Below, in pieces: positions 52,585 to 61,741 of a stretch of DNA of 64,000 nucleotides (its first letter is position 1; every line of letters begins with the position of its first letter). This stretch comes from Spirochaetia bacterium (GTDB taxonomy: Bacteria > Spirochaetota > Spirochaetia > DSM-16054 > Sediminispirochaetaceae). Under the pieces are notes generated by a model. It made no database searches and was not told the origin of the DNA. It was given only the letters and a program-made list of their open reading frames with translations. The DNA is taken from the NCBI GenBank assembly GCA_034520965.1, contig JAXHMY010000003.1:544001-608000 (forward strand), written 5' to 3'. Both the position numbers and the translations under genes were made by a program.

Positions 52585-54354
52585 CTAGGGAGCTTGCCCG
52601 GCAGCATCAAAGTTAACTACCAACCTTTTGAACGCTTCCGGGTCTTCAATTATCAGGGCATGGCCGATATTATCAAAGACCTTTAGTTCGGCCTTTAGAG
52701 CTTCAGCTGTGCGCCGGGCGTGGTCATCACTAATAATCGGATCAAGAGCGCCCCGAATCACTAAAGCTGGGGTGTTAAAACCGGCGGCAGCTTCACTATA
52801 ATCAAACTCGGCCAGAGCAAGGGCATGGTTGAAGTAGGCCTCCCGGTTCATCAGCAGTGCCTCTTTAGTTAAGAGGCTATGCAGGCGTCGATCCTCAGAG
52901 CGGCTGCCCATCACCTTGCCTATGGCGCTCTTCAGTACTCCGTAATGGCGGCGCAAGGCTTCAATACGGGCTTCCGAATCATCCCTTAGGGGCAGGCCGT
53001 CTATCGGTGCCGAATCGATCAGCAGCATCCGGCGGACTTTTTTGGGATACCGTATTGCCAGGGACATAGCAACCGCTCCTCCAAAGGAGTGGCCGGCCAC
53101 ATAACAGGGTCCAAGCCCTAACTGGTCGATGAAAGCGGCCACGTGGTCAGCATAGGTATCGATATCGTCGGTGGTCTCAATGCGGTCGGAACGGCCAAAG
53201 TTCATCAGGTCTATCGCCACAGTGCGGTAGCCGGGCACATCCATAACTTCCCGAAACCACTGGTACGAGCCGGTATTTCCGTGAATGTACAGCAGGACAG
53301 GACCTTCTCCCTGTTCCACATAATACATCTGCTTCCCCTCGATGGTTTCGACAAAGCTGCCCTTTACCGGCTTGAGGCGGTGAAGAAAACGCAGAACCGC
53401 CATATAGGGCACTTGCATCTTGCGGTTCCACATTATGTAAAGCTCGGTAGCAATACCGCTCGGAAGGGCAATCACAAAAATAATAAGCAGTATTCCATAG
53501 ATGAGGGTTAGTGAACCCGGCGGTACTAATTCTTCCAGCACCAGTGCCGGAAGCCCTACAATAATGAAGGATCCAATCAACCCGCCCTCAAGGAGAATCG
53601 CCCCGCCGATGATAATTATCAGCAAGAGGTCGATTGCCGCCATCAGGCCAAAGGTTACCGGTTGAATTACCCCCTGGGTAACCGCATACATCGAGCCGGC
53701 CAGGGCGCAGAAGACGGCACTTACAATAAATGCCTGCAGCTTGTTGGCGGCAAGGTTAGTGCCGTAGGAGCGCGCCGCCACCTGGCTGTCACGAATCATA
53801 CGAAACTTTACCCCGAAGGGCGATTTGAGAATTACCAGCCCGATAGCGTAGAACAACAGAAATAGGACGGTCATGAGAACAAAGGTGGCCACATCTCGAA
53901 TCGGCCCCGACCTCGTAAAGCTAAGGATATGGGGAATGTTGTATACCGGGTTGGGAAAGGGCATGGCACGAATGGCCTGTTCCATACCAACTCCGAATGC
54001 GATGGTGGCGATGGCCAGATAATAGCCGCGCAACCTCAGCGCCGGCAGGCCAATCAGCAGGGCAAACACCGTTGCAATGAGCAGCCCGATGAGAGTTCCC
54101 AACAGCATACCCCCGTATACCCCAGGGAGGAGCTCGGTAAAAATAGCTGTGGAGTAGGCGCCGATAGCCATGAAGGCGGCATGTCCCAGAGAAAGTTGGC
54201 CGGTATTACCGATAATGATCACCATGCCCATACCGGCGATTGCCCAGACTAGCACAAGCGACAAATTTCCCAGAGTATAGGTTCCACCGGTCAGTAGAAA
54301 TGCGAACAGCCCTGCCGTCAGTATCCCGCTCCCAAGTAAGAATATCCGTTTCAC
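52585..54354 (-). CDS. LivM-type ABC permease fused to a C-terminal alpha/beta hydrolase
   Basis: GQLSLGHAAF and LRLRGYYLAIAT, then HGNTGS, GHSFGG, GALDP and GH. Confidence 0.88.
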   Translation of the reverse strand: MKRIFLLGSGILTAGLFAFLLTGGTYTLGNLSLVLVWAIAGMGMVIIIGNTGQLSLGHAAFMAIGAYSTAIFTELLPGVYGGMLLGTLIGLLIATVFALLIGLPALRLRGYYLAIATIAFGVGMEQAIRAMPFPNPVYNIPHILSFTRSGPIRDVATFVLMTVLFLLFYAIGLVILKSPFGVKFRMIRDSQVAARSYGTNLAANKLQAFIVSAVFCALAGSMYAVTQGVIQPVTFGLMAAIDLLLIIIIGGAILLEGGLIGSFIIVGLPALVLEELVPPGSLTLIYGILLIIFVIALPSGIATELYIMWNRKMQVPYMAVLRFLHRLKPVKGSFVETIEGKQMYYVEQGEGPVLLYIHGNTGSYQWFREVMDVPGYRTVAIDLMNFGRSDRIETTDDIDTYADHVAAFIDQLGLGPCYVAGHSFGGAVAMSLAIRYPKKVRRMLLIDSAPIDGLPLRDDSEARIEALRRHYGVLKSAIGKVMGSRSEDRRLHSLLTKEALLMNREAYFNHALALAEFDYSEAAAGFNTPALVIRGALDPIISDDHARRTAEALKAELKVFDNIGHALIIEDPEAFKRLVVNFDAAGQAP

Positions 54355-55280
54355 GCCTTCCTCCCGACTTTCCCTGCAAAGAGCCCCATAGGTTTGAATA
54401 CCAGAATCAAAATGATGAGAAAAAAGATTATAGCTGTCTCATATCCATCCAAGGCCGGAACGATATCAATCAGCCGTTCCAGAACACCAATCATGAGTCC
54501 TCCCCAAATCGCTCCGAATAAACTGCTGAAGCCACCCAAAACTGCCGCGGTAATACCCAGCAGCTGTGTGTTCATTAGCATGGTCGGATGCACCCGGGTG
54601 ATAGGGGCAATCAAGATACCGACCACCACCGCCAGGGTAATCGAGAGGCCCCACACAATCGAGTCGACACGATTGGTATTGATGCCCACCGACTGAGCCC
54701 CCACGGGGTCCTGTCCCCGGGCTCGAATTGCCAGACCTATCTTTGTATATTTCATGAGGGCGGCCATGGACACCGAAATTACCAGGGCAATCAGCATCAC
54801 CGCAATATCGTTCCGCCGAAACACAACCCTTATTCCCTCAAACAAACCGGCCCCCTCAAATATAAAGGGAGGCCCCGGCAGGAGCCGTGGAAAGGATTCA
54901 TAATCCGGGCTCCAGATCAGGTTAGCCGCCCCTTCAAATACCAGCAGCAGACCCAGGGTTATCATAAGCATGCTCGCCGGGGAGACGTGCTTCACCCGGC
55001 GCATGAGCAGTAGATCGATTAAAACACCAAATACCGCCCCTGCTATTAGCCCCACCGGTATCGCCGCGAACAGTGCTAACCGGCCATCCAGTAAATTAAG
55101 ACCGATAAATGTCTGCATCGCACTTAAGGTAATCAGTACACTCACCATAGCCGAGTACCCGTGACTGAAGTTCAGGGTACCCGCCGATCGAAAGATCATC
55201 GCAATCCCAAAGCCCATCAACCCGTAGAGTGCACCCTGTGGAATGCCTATTGTTATTGCTTGAAGTAACTCACTCACCAT
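54351..55280 (-). CDS. LivH-type ABC permease
   Basis: LNFSHG, TKIGLAIRA, AAVLGG and KPMGLF motifs. Confidence 0.9.
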   Translation of the reverse strand: MVSELLQAITIGIPQGALYGLMGFGIAMIFRSAGTLNFSHGYSAMVSVLITLSAMQTFIGLNLLDGRLALFAAIPVGLIAGAVFGVLIDLLLMRRVKHVSPASMLMITLGLLLVFEGAANLIWSPDYESFPRLLPGPPFIFEGAGLFEGIRVVFRRNDIAVMLIALVISVSMAALMKYTKIGLAIRARGQDPVGAQSVGINTNRVDSIVWGLSITLAVVVGILIAPITRVHPTMLMNTQLLGITAAVLGGFSSLFGAIWGGLMIGVLERLIDIVPALDGYETAIIFFLIILILVFKPMGLFAGKVGRKA

Positions 55281-55286
55281 CTGCTC

Positions 55287-55988
55287 CTACATGCCCAAAT
55301 ATGCTTTGCGCAGGCTGTCGTCCTTGAGTATCGCATCGGCATTTCCGGAATGGACGATGCTGCCGTTCTGCATAACATACGCCCGGTCGCTAATCGACAG
55401 CGCCTTGGTCGCATTTTGCTCAACCAACAACACCGACATCTTTTCACGCAGGCCCTTAAGAACCCGAAACATCTCATCAACGATCACCGGAGCTAAACCA
55501 AGAGAGGGCTCATCGAGGAGGAGAACCTCAGGCGAGGCTACCAGTGCCCGCCCAACGGCGAGCATCTGCTGCTCTCCACCGGACAAAGAGCCGGCCAGCT
55601 GGCGGCTTCGTTCACGAAGAATCGGAAACAGCTCATATACCGTGTGTACATTCGCCGCAAAATCACCGCGGACGAAGGTTCCCAGCCGCAGGTTCTCCTC
55701 TACGTTAAGCTCGGGAAATATGCGCCGATTTTCCGGACAAAGCACCATCCCTTTGGTGGTGGGCTCCGTAGAGTTCTTCCGTTTGAGGGCTTCCCCCTTA
55801 AGCTCGACAAGTCCACGGCTTTTGACAATTCCCATTAGCCCAAACAGGGTTGAGGTCTTTCCGGCGCCGTTAGCCCCGAGTATGGAAACAATCTCACCCT
55901 TCTCCAGACTGAAGGAAATTCCCTTTACTGCGTGTATCGGCCCATAAGAGACCTTTAAATCTGATACTTTAAGCACTGGTTTCCTCAC
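55287..55988 (-). CDS. LivF-type ABC ATPase
   Basis: GANGAGKT, LSGGEQQM and DEPSLGLAP motifs. Confidence 0.93.
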   Translation of the reverse strand: MRKPVLKVSDLKVSYGPIHAVKGISFSLEKGEIVSILGANGAGKTSTLFGLMGIVKSRGLVELKGEALKRKNSTEPTTKGMVLCPENRRIFPELNVEENLRLGTFVRGDFAANVHTVYELFPILRERSRQLAGSLSGGEQQMLAVGRALVASPEVLLLDEPSLGLAPVIVDEMFRVLKGLREKMSVLLVEQNATKALSISDRAYVMQNGSIVHSGNADAILKDDSLRKAYLGM

Positions 55989-56733
55989 CTAAATACACCC
56001 GAATAACCTCCGGATTGTTGGCTATCTCATTCGGAGTTCCCTCCGCGATCTTCTTCCCAAAACTCATCACTGAAATACGATCCGATATTTTCATTACAAT
56101 ATTCATGTCATGCTCAACCAGCAGAATACTCATGCCTTGCTCACGACAGAGATTCGCCAGAATTTCATCCAGCTCTTCGGTCTCCTGATGGGTCAGTCCG
56201 GCCGCCGGTTCATCGAGCAGCAGCATCTCCGGCTCCGAAATAATGGCCCTTCCAATCTCCACCCGCTTCTGCATCCCGTAGGAAAGGTTCTCCGGTATGT
56301 TGAACAGGACCGAAGTAATTCCCATTGTCTCGGCTACCGCCATAATGCGCTCTTCCACTTCCTGGGCAAACTTCTTATGGGCTCCCAAAAAAATAGAAGG
56401 AAAGGCCTTTCGAAAATGAAACGCATACCCGGCATACAGATTTTCATAGACAGTCATCTTGGTAAACAGCTGCAGGTTTTGAAATGTACGTGCGATTCCC
56501 TTATGAATCATTTTATGGTCCGGAAGGCGGGTTATATCTTTCCCCTTAAAAAAAACCTTGCCCTTAGTTCTCGGTCCTATACGCGTAATGGAGTTAAAGA
56601 GGGTAGTTTTCCCGGCCCCGTTCGGTCCTATCAGGGCATGAATTGTTCCCTTTTCGATTATCATCGAAAAATCATCAACCGCAACCAAACCGCCGAATAC
56701 AACCCCGACGTTGGCTATTTCGAGCATTTTCAT
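55969..56733 (-). CDS. LivG-type ABC ATPase
   Basis: GPNGAGKT, RTFQN, LSYG and DEPAAG motifs. Confidence 0.93.
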   Translation of the reverse strand: MKMLEIANVGVVFGGLVAVDDFSMIIEKGTIHALIGPNGAGKTTLFNSITRIGPRTKGKVFFKGKDITRLPDHKMIHKGIARTFQNLQLFTKMTVYENLYAGYAFHFRKAFPSIFLGAHKKFAQEVEERIMAVAETMGITSVLFNIPENLSYGMQKRVEIGRAIISEPEMLLLDEPAAGLTHQETEELDEILANLCREQGMSILLVEHDMNIVMKISDRISVMSFGKKIAEGTPNEIANNPEVIRVYLGEETSA

Positions 56734-56830
56734 ACTTTATTGCCTCGTATTTTTATAAAGTGCGGGGTGCGAACACGCCGCACCCCGCCCAATTTCGCTC
56801 TTCAAATTCCGCAACACAAATCCAAACTTA

Positions 56831-58048
56831 TCAGTTTGGGTCTTTATACTCGATCCACTCACTAACCGGAAACCATTCGCCCTTTTGAACTTCCATAACG
56901 TACATACTCTGCTTACCAAGTCGGCAGGTGGTATCTTCAGGATCATGCTCACTATAGGTAACACCCAGTGCAAGATATCCGTCCCACCCATTCATACTCT
57001 CGAGGGCGTCTACCAGAGCTTCCCGGGTTAAATCTTCACCTGCACGTCTTGCTGCTTCGGTAAAAATTTCGGCGGCAACCATACCTGCTACACCATAGGC
57101 ATTCGGCACAGCCCCTTCTTCGCCAACATAGTCGGCGTACCACTGCCAGGGCGGGAAATCCGGGTTGTCAAAGTCGGCCAGTACCCATGCCATGGACTGA
57201 ACATTTTCCATTACCTCGGCTCCCAGCGCATCTATAAGCGTTTGGTCGGCGTTGGCGTAGGTTAACAGTTTGGTCGGTTTGGTCAAACCAAACTCATATG
57301 CCTGTTCAAGAAATTGGTCACTCTGAGGGCGAAACAGTACGGTCATGATCCCGTCCACATCGGCACTTTCAAAACGGCTGATAGCCGTTGAAAAATCGGT
57401 ATCTCCGCTTTCAACTGAAATTGCCTCTACGATCTCCGCATCGGGATACATCTCGATGGTTTCCATCATCGAATCGTAGGCATCCTGTCCATCCTCTGCT
57501 GCCCTGTAAAGGACACCGAGACGCTTATGGCCAAGCTCTTCTACCAAGTAGTTGACCATTAGGTTTCCTTCCAAGAGGTAATTAGGCTGGAAGGGAAACA
57601 CATATTCTTTAGGCGGTACTGCAAGTTCGGTAGCTCCTCCGCCCTGGTACACAAAGGGTACCCCCCGATCGTTCAAATAATCCATAACCGCCAATACGTT
57701 GGGCGAACCGAGGCTTCCGACCATTGCGAACACTCCATCGCGTTCCACCATCCGGCGGGTTAATGTAGTGGTGCTCGAAGGATCAAACTGATCGTCCGCC
57801 ACTTGCAGGTTCACCTTGCGTCCGTGAATACCACCCTCTTTATTCACATGGGCAAAATAAGCTTGCATACCCTCTGCCAAGGGAGTTCCAATACTGGCTA
57901 CCGGCCCGGATAGAGCCTGGGTACTTCCAATAAATATCTCATCTTCACTTACTCCCGGCGTACCTTCCTGCTGACCGCCGCCGAATACCGGCAGAAGCAA
58001 GACAAGACAAAAAACTACGCTTAAGAACATCATTTTTCTATTTCTCAT
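56831..58048 (-). CDS. LivK-fold ABC substrate-binding protein
   Basis: PGVSEDEI.IG, LSGP and NKEGGIHGRK motifs. Confidence 0.9.
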   Translation of the reverse strand: MRNRKMMFLSVVFCLVLLLPVFGGGQQEGTPGVSEDEIFIGSTQALSGPVASIGTPLAEGMQAYFAHVNKEGGIHGRKVNLQVADDQFDPSSTTTLTRRMVERDGVFAMVGSLGSPNVLAVMDYLNDRGVPFVYQGGGATELAVPPKEYVFPFQPNYLLEGNLMVNYLVEELGHKRLGVLYRAAEDGQDAYDSMMETIEMYPDAEIVEAISVESGDTDFSTAISRFESADVDGIMTVLFRPQSDQFLEQAYEFGLTKPTKLLTYANADQTLIDALGAEVMENVQSMAWVLADFDNPDFPPWQWYADYVGEEGAVPNAYGVAGMVAAEIFTEAARRAGEDLTREALVDALESMNGWDGYLALGVTYSEHDPEDTTCRLGKQSMYVMEVQKGEWFPVSEWIEYKDPN

Positions 58049-58189
58049 ATTCTCTCCTTTTATAAAACTAAAAACTAATAAAAACTCACTGAAACTCGGT
58101 CTTCACCGATTCTTTTTCGATGCACTTTCAAGGTGCAGCCGGAGCCCCGCGGATATCCGCAGGGCAGCCGCCCGCATCATAACACTTTT

Positions 58190-59569
58190 TTAGAAGTTCA
58201 CCTTAACACCAGCAGAAATCTGCTGTTTGGGATCGCCAGATTCTATATCGTTCCAAGAAAACGTGTTCCAGTCAAATTGCCGCGCAATACCAGCATTGTC
58301 TTCATTAAGAAATCCGTATGTAGCATACAGAGTTGCCTGTTCCGTTACAGCGTATTCAACACTCACATCTGCAAAATAGCCGGTTCGCGCCTCACGCATT
58401 ATGGAATCCGTAAAACCATGTACTTCTTCAAGTGCTTTCCTTTTATACTCAAAGAAGTGATACATACCACCGGCCACAATAGCGTTCAGGCCGGGGCTTA
58501 CTTCGTAATTTACCCGCGCAGATGCCAATGCCTGATGGTCATCCTCATAACCTGCCCCACCCATATTAAATACATTGGTCGGGTTTACGGTGTTACGCCC
58601 GGAATTGCCGATCATGCTCGAGAAGGTATCGAACCCCGGCTCTACCAGGGCTCCATTGAATACAAACAGTCCCTGCGCCTCGACAACCAGTACCTGAGGC
58701 TGCAGATCGCTGACCTTAGAAAAATCGAGTGCAGGACGCAGCATCGCTGCAAAGTTGAAAGTGTTCCATAATCCTCCACTTTCTGTATTTATTCCACCGA
58801 AAGTACCATCCTCGTTTAGGTCCCCAAATGTATCACGGTCATTGTCTATGGGGAACATAGTGTGTGCGGCAAACTTAAGGTCGATTGGGCCTGCCGGACC
58901 TTCCATGAAGGGACCAACAATGGCAACACTGTCTAGCAGGAACGGAGGAGTTGCTGTGGCATCGCCGACAAAGTAGCCGCCCAAGAGTCCCCAGAGGATC
59001 TTGCTTTGCAGATTATAGCCTACCGCCGCTGCAGCAAACAGGTGACCGTTACTGGAAACGTCTTCGATTCCAACATCCTGGCGGAGGTCGTACAGGGCTA
59101 ACAGGCTCAGAGGGCCACCGAGAACCTTGTCCAGATCGTACTGGTAGGCAATCCGATCGCGACGGTCGCCGGAGGTAGTAAGGCCGTGGCCCCAATTCGC
59201 TTCTTGGCGGCCTACACTCAATTTTCCACCGAGAAAGGGCATCTCCACATAGCCGATATCAAGGCCGAAATTTTCTGTCGAGGAACTATCATCCCACTCG
59301 GTAACTCCTCCGCCGCCGGGTTTACGGTGGTCACCGCTCCAGTACTGGTCGTAGAGGCGCAGGCCTACATGGACCTTTACATCGCCCCCCAGGTCAAAGG
59401 TCGGTGCGATGCGCAGGCTCTGGTAGAATCCCTGAATATCGTCCGCAGTCTCTCCCTGCATAAAACCCTGCAGCTCATAGGAACCGCTCCAGTCCGCGTC
59501 TATGGCCGATACAGTCATCGGCACAAGCATGGCTATCACGATTGCTGCCACTAATAAACTCTTTTTCAT
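58190..59569 (-). CDS. Putative outer-membrane beta-barrel porin
   Basis: Signal peptide, amphipathic G/Y/F-rich strands, terminal GVKVNF. Confidence 0.7.
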   Translation of the reverse strand: MKKSLLVAAIVIAMLVPMTVSAIDADWSGSYELQGFMQGETADDIQGFYQSLRIAPTFDLGGDVKVHVGLRLYDQYWSGDHRKPGGGGVTEWDDSSSTENFGLDIGYVEMPFLGGKLSVGRQEANWGHGLTTSGDRRDRIAYQYDLDKVLGGPLSLLALYDLRQDVGIEDVSSNGHLFAAAAVGYNLQSKILWGLLGGYFVGDATATPPFLLDSVAIVGPFMEGPAGPIDLKFAAHTMFPIDNDRDTFGDLNEDGTFGGINTESGGLWNTFNFAAMLRPALDFSKVSDLQPQVLVVEAQGLFVFNGALVEPGFDTFSSMIGNSGRNTVNPTNVFNMGGAGYEDDHQALASARVNYEVSPGLNAIVAGGMYHFFEYKRKALEEVHGFTDSIMREARTGYFADVSVEYAVTEQATLYATYGFLNEDNAGIARQFDWNTFSWNDIESGDPKQQISAGVKVNF

Positions 59570-59614
59570 CTTAGAAACCTCCTGTAATCTTCATCTTTTA
59601 ATTTTTCTGATATG

Positions 59615-59690
59615 TGAATCTATTCTCACCCTAAGTTTGTAAATCGTCAAGTTTTTTCTATAATTTTTTTGTAACATGAATCATCTCTCA
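59615..59690 (-). promoter_or_regulatory. Promoter TTGACG-17-GAGAAT flanked by two TGAATCnnnTCTCA boxes
   Basis: Boxes at 59615-59628 and 59677-59690. Confidence 0.65.
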
Positions 59691-59694
59691 CAGT

Positions 59695-60432
59695 TTACAA
59701 AGAAAAACCGCCGTCTACTCGCAGCACCTGGCCTGTTATAAAAGAGGCATCGTCGCTTGCCAGGAAGGTAACTGCATTGGCTACCTCCTGCACTTCCCCC
59801 AAACGCTTCAACGAGGTGCGGGAGGTAAAGTTTTCAATAAGCTTATCCGGTACGGTCTCGATCATGGGAGTGTTGATAAATCCCGGAGCCACCGCATTTG
59901 CCCGTACGGCCGCGCCCTTTCGTGCAAACTCCCTAGCCCAGCTTTTGGCCATCGCGACAACACCGGCTTTAGTTGCGGCGTAATTAGTCTGTCCCATATT
60001 CCCGTCAAGGCCTACGATACTCGAGATATTGACAATAGAACCGCTGCCTTGCTGCATCATGAGGGGACCGATTTCACGGGCCATGTTAAAACTCCCCTTT
60101 AAGTTAATGCTGATTACCGCTTCCCAGGCCTCGTCATCCATTTTATGAATAAGAGAATCCTTGGTTATTCCCGCATTATTGATCAGCACATCAATGCGCC
60201 CGTCACTCTCCGTCACTTCTTTGACGAAGCTGCGTATGGCCTCTGGGTCAGTTACATCAAGTTTTACCCCTTTTAAGCCGCTTCCCTCTTTTTCAACCGC
60301 CTCCAGTGCCGAAGCATCGACATCGCAGGCGTAAACCTTTTCAGCCCCGGCGGCAACAAAGCTTTCGGCAATAGTTCTACCGATTCCCTTAGCTCCACCG
60401 GTGACTACACAAATTTTTCCGTGAAGATCCAT
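59695..60432 (-). CDS. FabG/PhaB-like 3-oxoacyl(-CoA/ACP) reductase
   Basis: TGGAKGIG, NNAGIT and GQTNYAATK motifs. Confidence 0.9.
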   Translation of the reverse strand: MDLHGKICVVTGGAKGIGRTIAESFVAAGAEKVYACDVDASALEAVEKEGSGLKGVKLDVTDPEAIRSFVKEVTESDGRIDVLINNAGITKDSLIHKMDDEAWEAVISINLKGSFNMAREIGPLMMQQGSGSIVNISSIVGLDGNMGQTNYAATKAGVVAMAKSWAREFARKGAAVRANAVAPGFINTPMIETVPDKLIENFTSRTSLKRLGEVQEVANAVTFLASDDASFITGQVLRVDGGFSL

Positions 60433-60464
60433 CCATTTTCCTCCTTTTTTTCTATTAAATCAGA

Positions 60465-61484
60465 TTAGTATTCGGGATAATCTCCCCAATGAACCACGGT
60501 AGAGGCCCATACAAAGCCCAGTCCGGCCCCGACCATAACAATCTTGTCCCCATCGTTTATTTTTCCCTGTTCCACACCCAATTCAATTGAGTGAACCTGA
60601 TCGTTCTGCCCCAAATGACCGTACTCATCCAGATAAGTGGTCTGGCTCGCCTTTAAGTTAAGCTCTTTAAGTACCGCATCATGGGCGGAGCGCTTGAAAT
60701 GCAGAATTGCCAGATAATCGATGTGCTCGTCAGTAAGCCCGCCGGAGCGCTTCAGTGATTCGCGTATCACATGATAAAAGTTAGGCATGGTACGTTCACC
60801 GAGTTTTTTCTTGAAAGACTCCACATCCCTTACCACAAAATGCGCCTTCTCGGCATCTTCCGACTTGGGAGGCCAGGCTTTAGCCCCTAGAACAGGAACC
60901 ACACAATCTTCGGCAAAACTGCCGTCGCCCCGGAAGGATGACCCCAGAACCACATTGTGGTTGTACCCCTTCTCCAGCAAAACCGCCGCCCCGGAGGCAC
61001 CGATATCCGCCATAAAGCTGGTTTCCTTTACGCTTAGATCGATAAGGTCCACGTTGCGATATCCACTTACCAGCAGCACACGGTGTAACTCGTCCTTGGC
61101 AAGGAGCATGGATTTAGCCACATCAAGGCCGGCCATCATAGAACCGCACATCGCCTCCATATCGAAGGACCAGGCATTTTCGGCCCCCAGTTCATGGGCA
61201 ACCTTCAGACCGGCAAGCCAGCAGGGATAATCCTTATGCTGCCCCCCGTTCCAAATAACCAAATCGATATCCCCGGGGTCGATTCCCGCCTGCTCTACCG
61301 CCCTTCTCGCCGCCTGAAGTCCCATATAGCTGGGGGAATCCTCAGGGCCGGGAATCGGCTTTTGCTTCACCCCGAACTTACGGGCAATTACATCCTCGGG
61401 TATACCCGTTTTTTCTCCTATCTCAGCTGCAGTCATTACTCTTGTGGGTAAGTAAGTACCTAAGCCCCGAATGCCTATATTCAT
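60465..61484 (-). CDS. KAS III-like condensing-fold enzyme with a Cys-His-His triad
   Basis: EAMCG, ILHFK, YGHLG and GAGLG motifs. Confidence 0.85.
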   Translation of the reverse strand: MNIGIRGLGTYLPTRVMTAAEIGEKTGIPEDVIARKFGVKQKPIPGPEDSPSYMGLQAARRAVEQAGIDPGDIDLVIWNGGQHKDYPCWLAGLKVAHELGAENAWSFDMEAMCGSMMAGLDVAKSMLLAKDELHRVLLVSGYRNVDLIDLSVKETSFMADIGASGAAVLLEKGYNHNVVLGSSFRGDGSFAEDCVVPVLGAKAWPPKSEDAEKAHFVVRDVESFKKKLGERTMPNFYHVIRESLKRSGGLTDEHIDYLAILHFKRSAHDAVLKELNLKASQTTYLDEYGHLGQNDQVHSIELGVEQGKINDGDKIVMVGAGLGFVWASTVVHWGDYPEY

Positions 61485-61506
61485 GCATCACCTCAAATCT
61501 AAGTGT

Positions 61507-61552
61507 TGAATCATCTCTCAATTAGTATAGAAGCCTTTGTAAAATCGGTCAA
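61507..61552 (-). promoter_or_regulatory. Promoter TTGACC-17-TATACT with a TGAATCATCTCTCA box at the start site
   Basis: Near-consensus promoter; box at 61507-61520. Confidence 0.7.
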
Positions 61553-61673
61553 GTTTTTTCTTTCATCAATTTTTTCGGCTATTTTGCCCCCTTCTAAGGC
61601 CAAATGTTAGGGGTACCGTACCTATACAAGGCTTGATCCTTTAAAATTACCTGGTTTTAGCGAAAGTTTTTCC

Positions 61674-61727
61674 TTGCCAGGAAACAGAAACAAATTTATA
61701 ATAAATTGTATTATGAATCACTTCTCA
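61674..61727 (+). promoter_or_regulatory. Promoter TTGCCA-17-TATAAT with a TGAATCACTTCTCA box
   Basis: Near-consensus promoter; box at 61714-61727. Confidence 0.7.
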
Positions 61728-61741
61728 TTATTGGAGGAATT

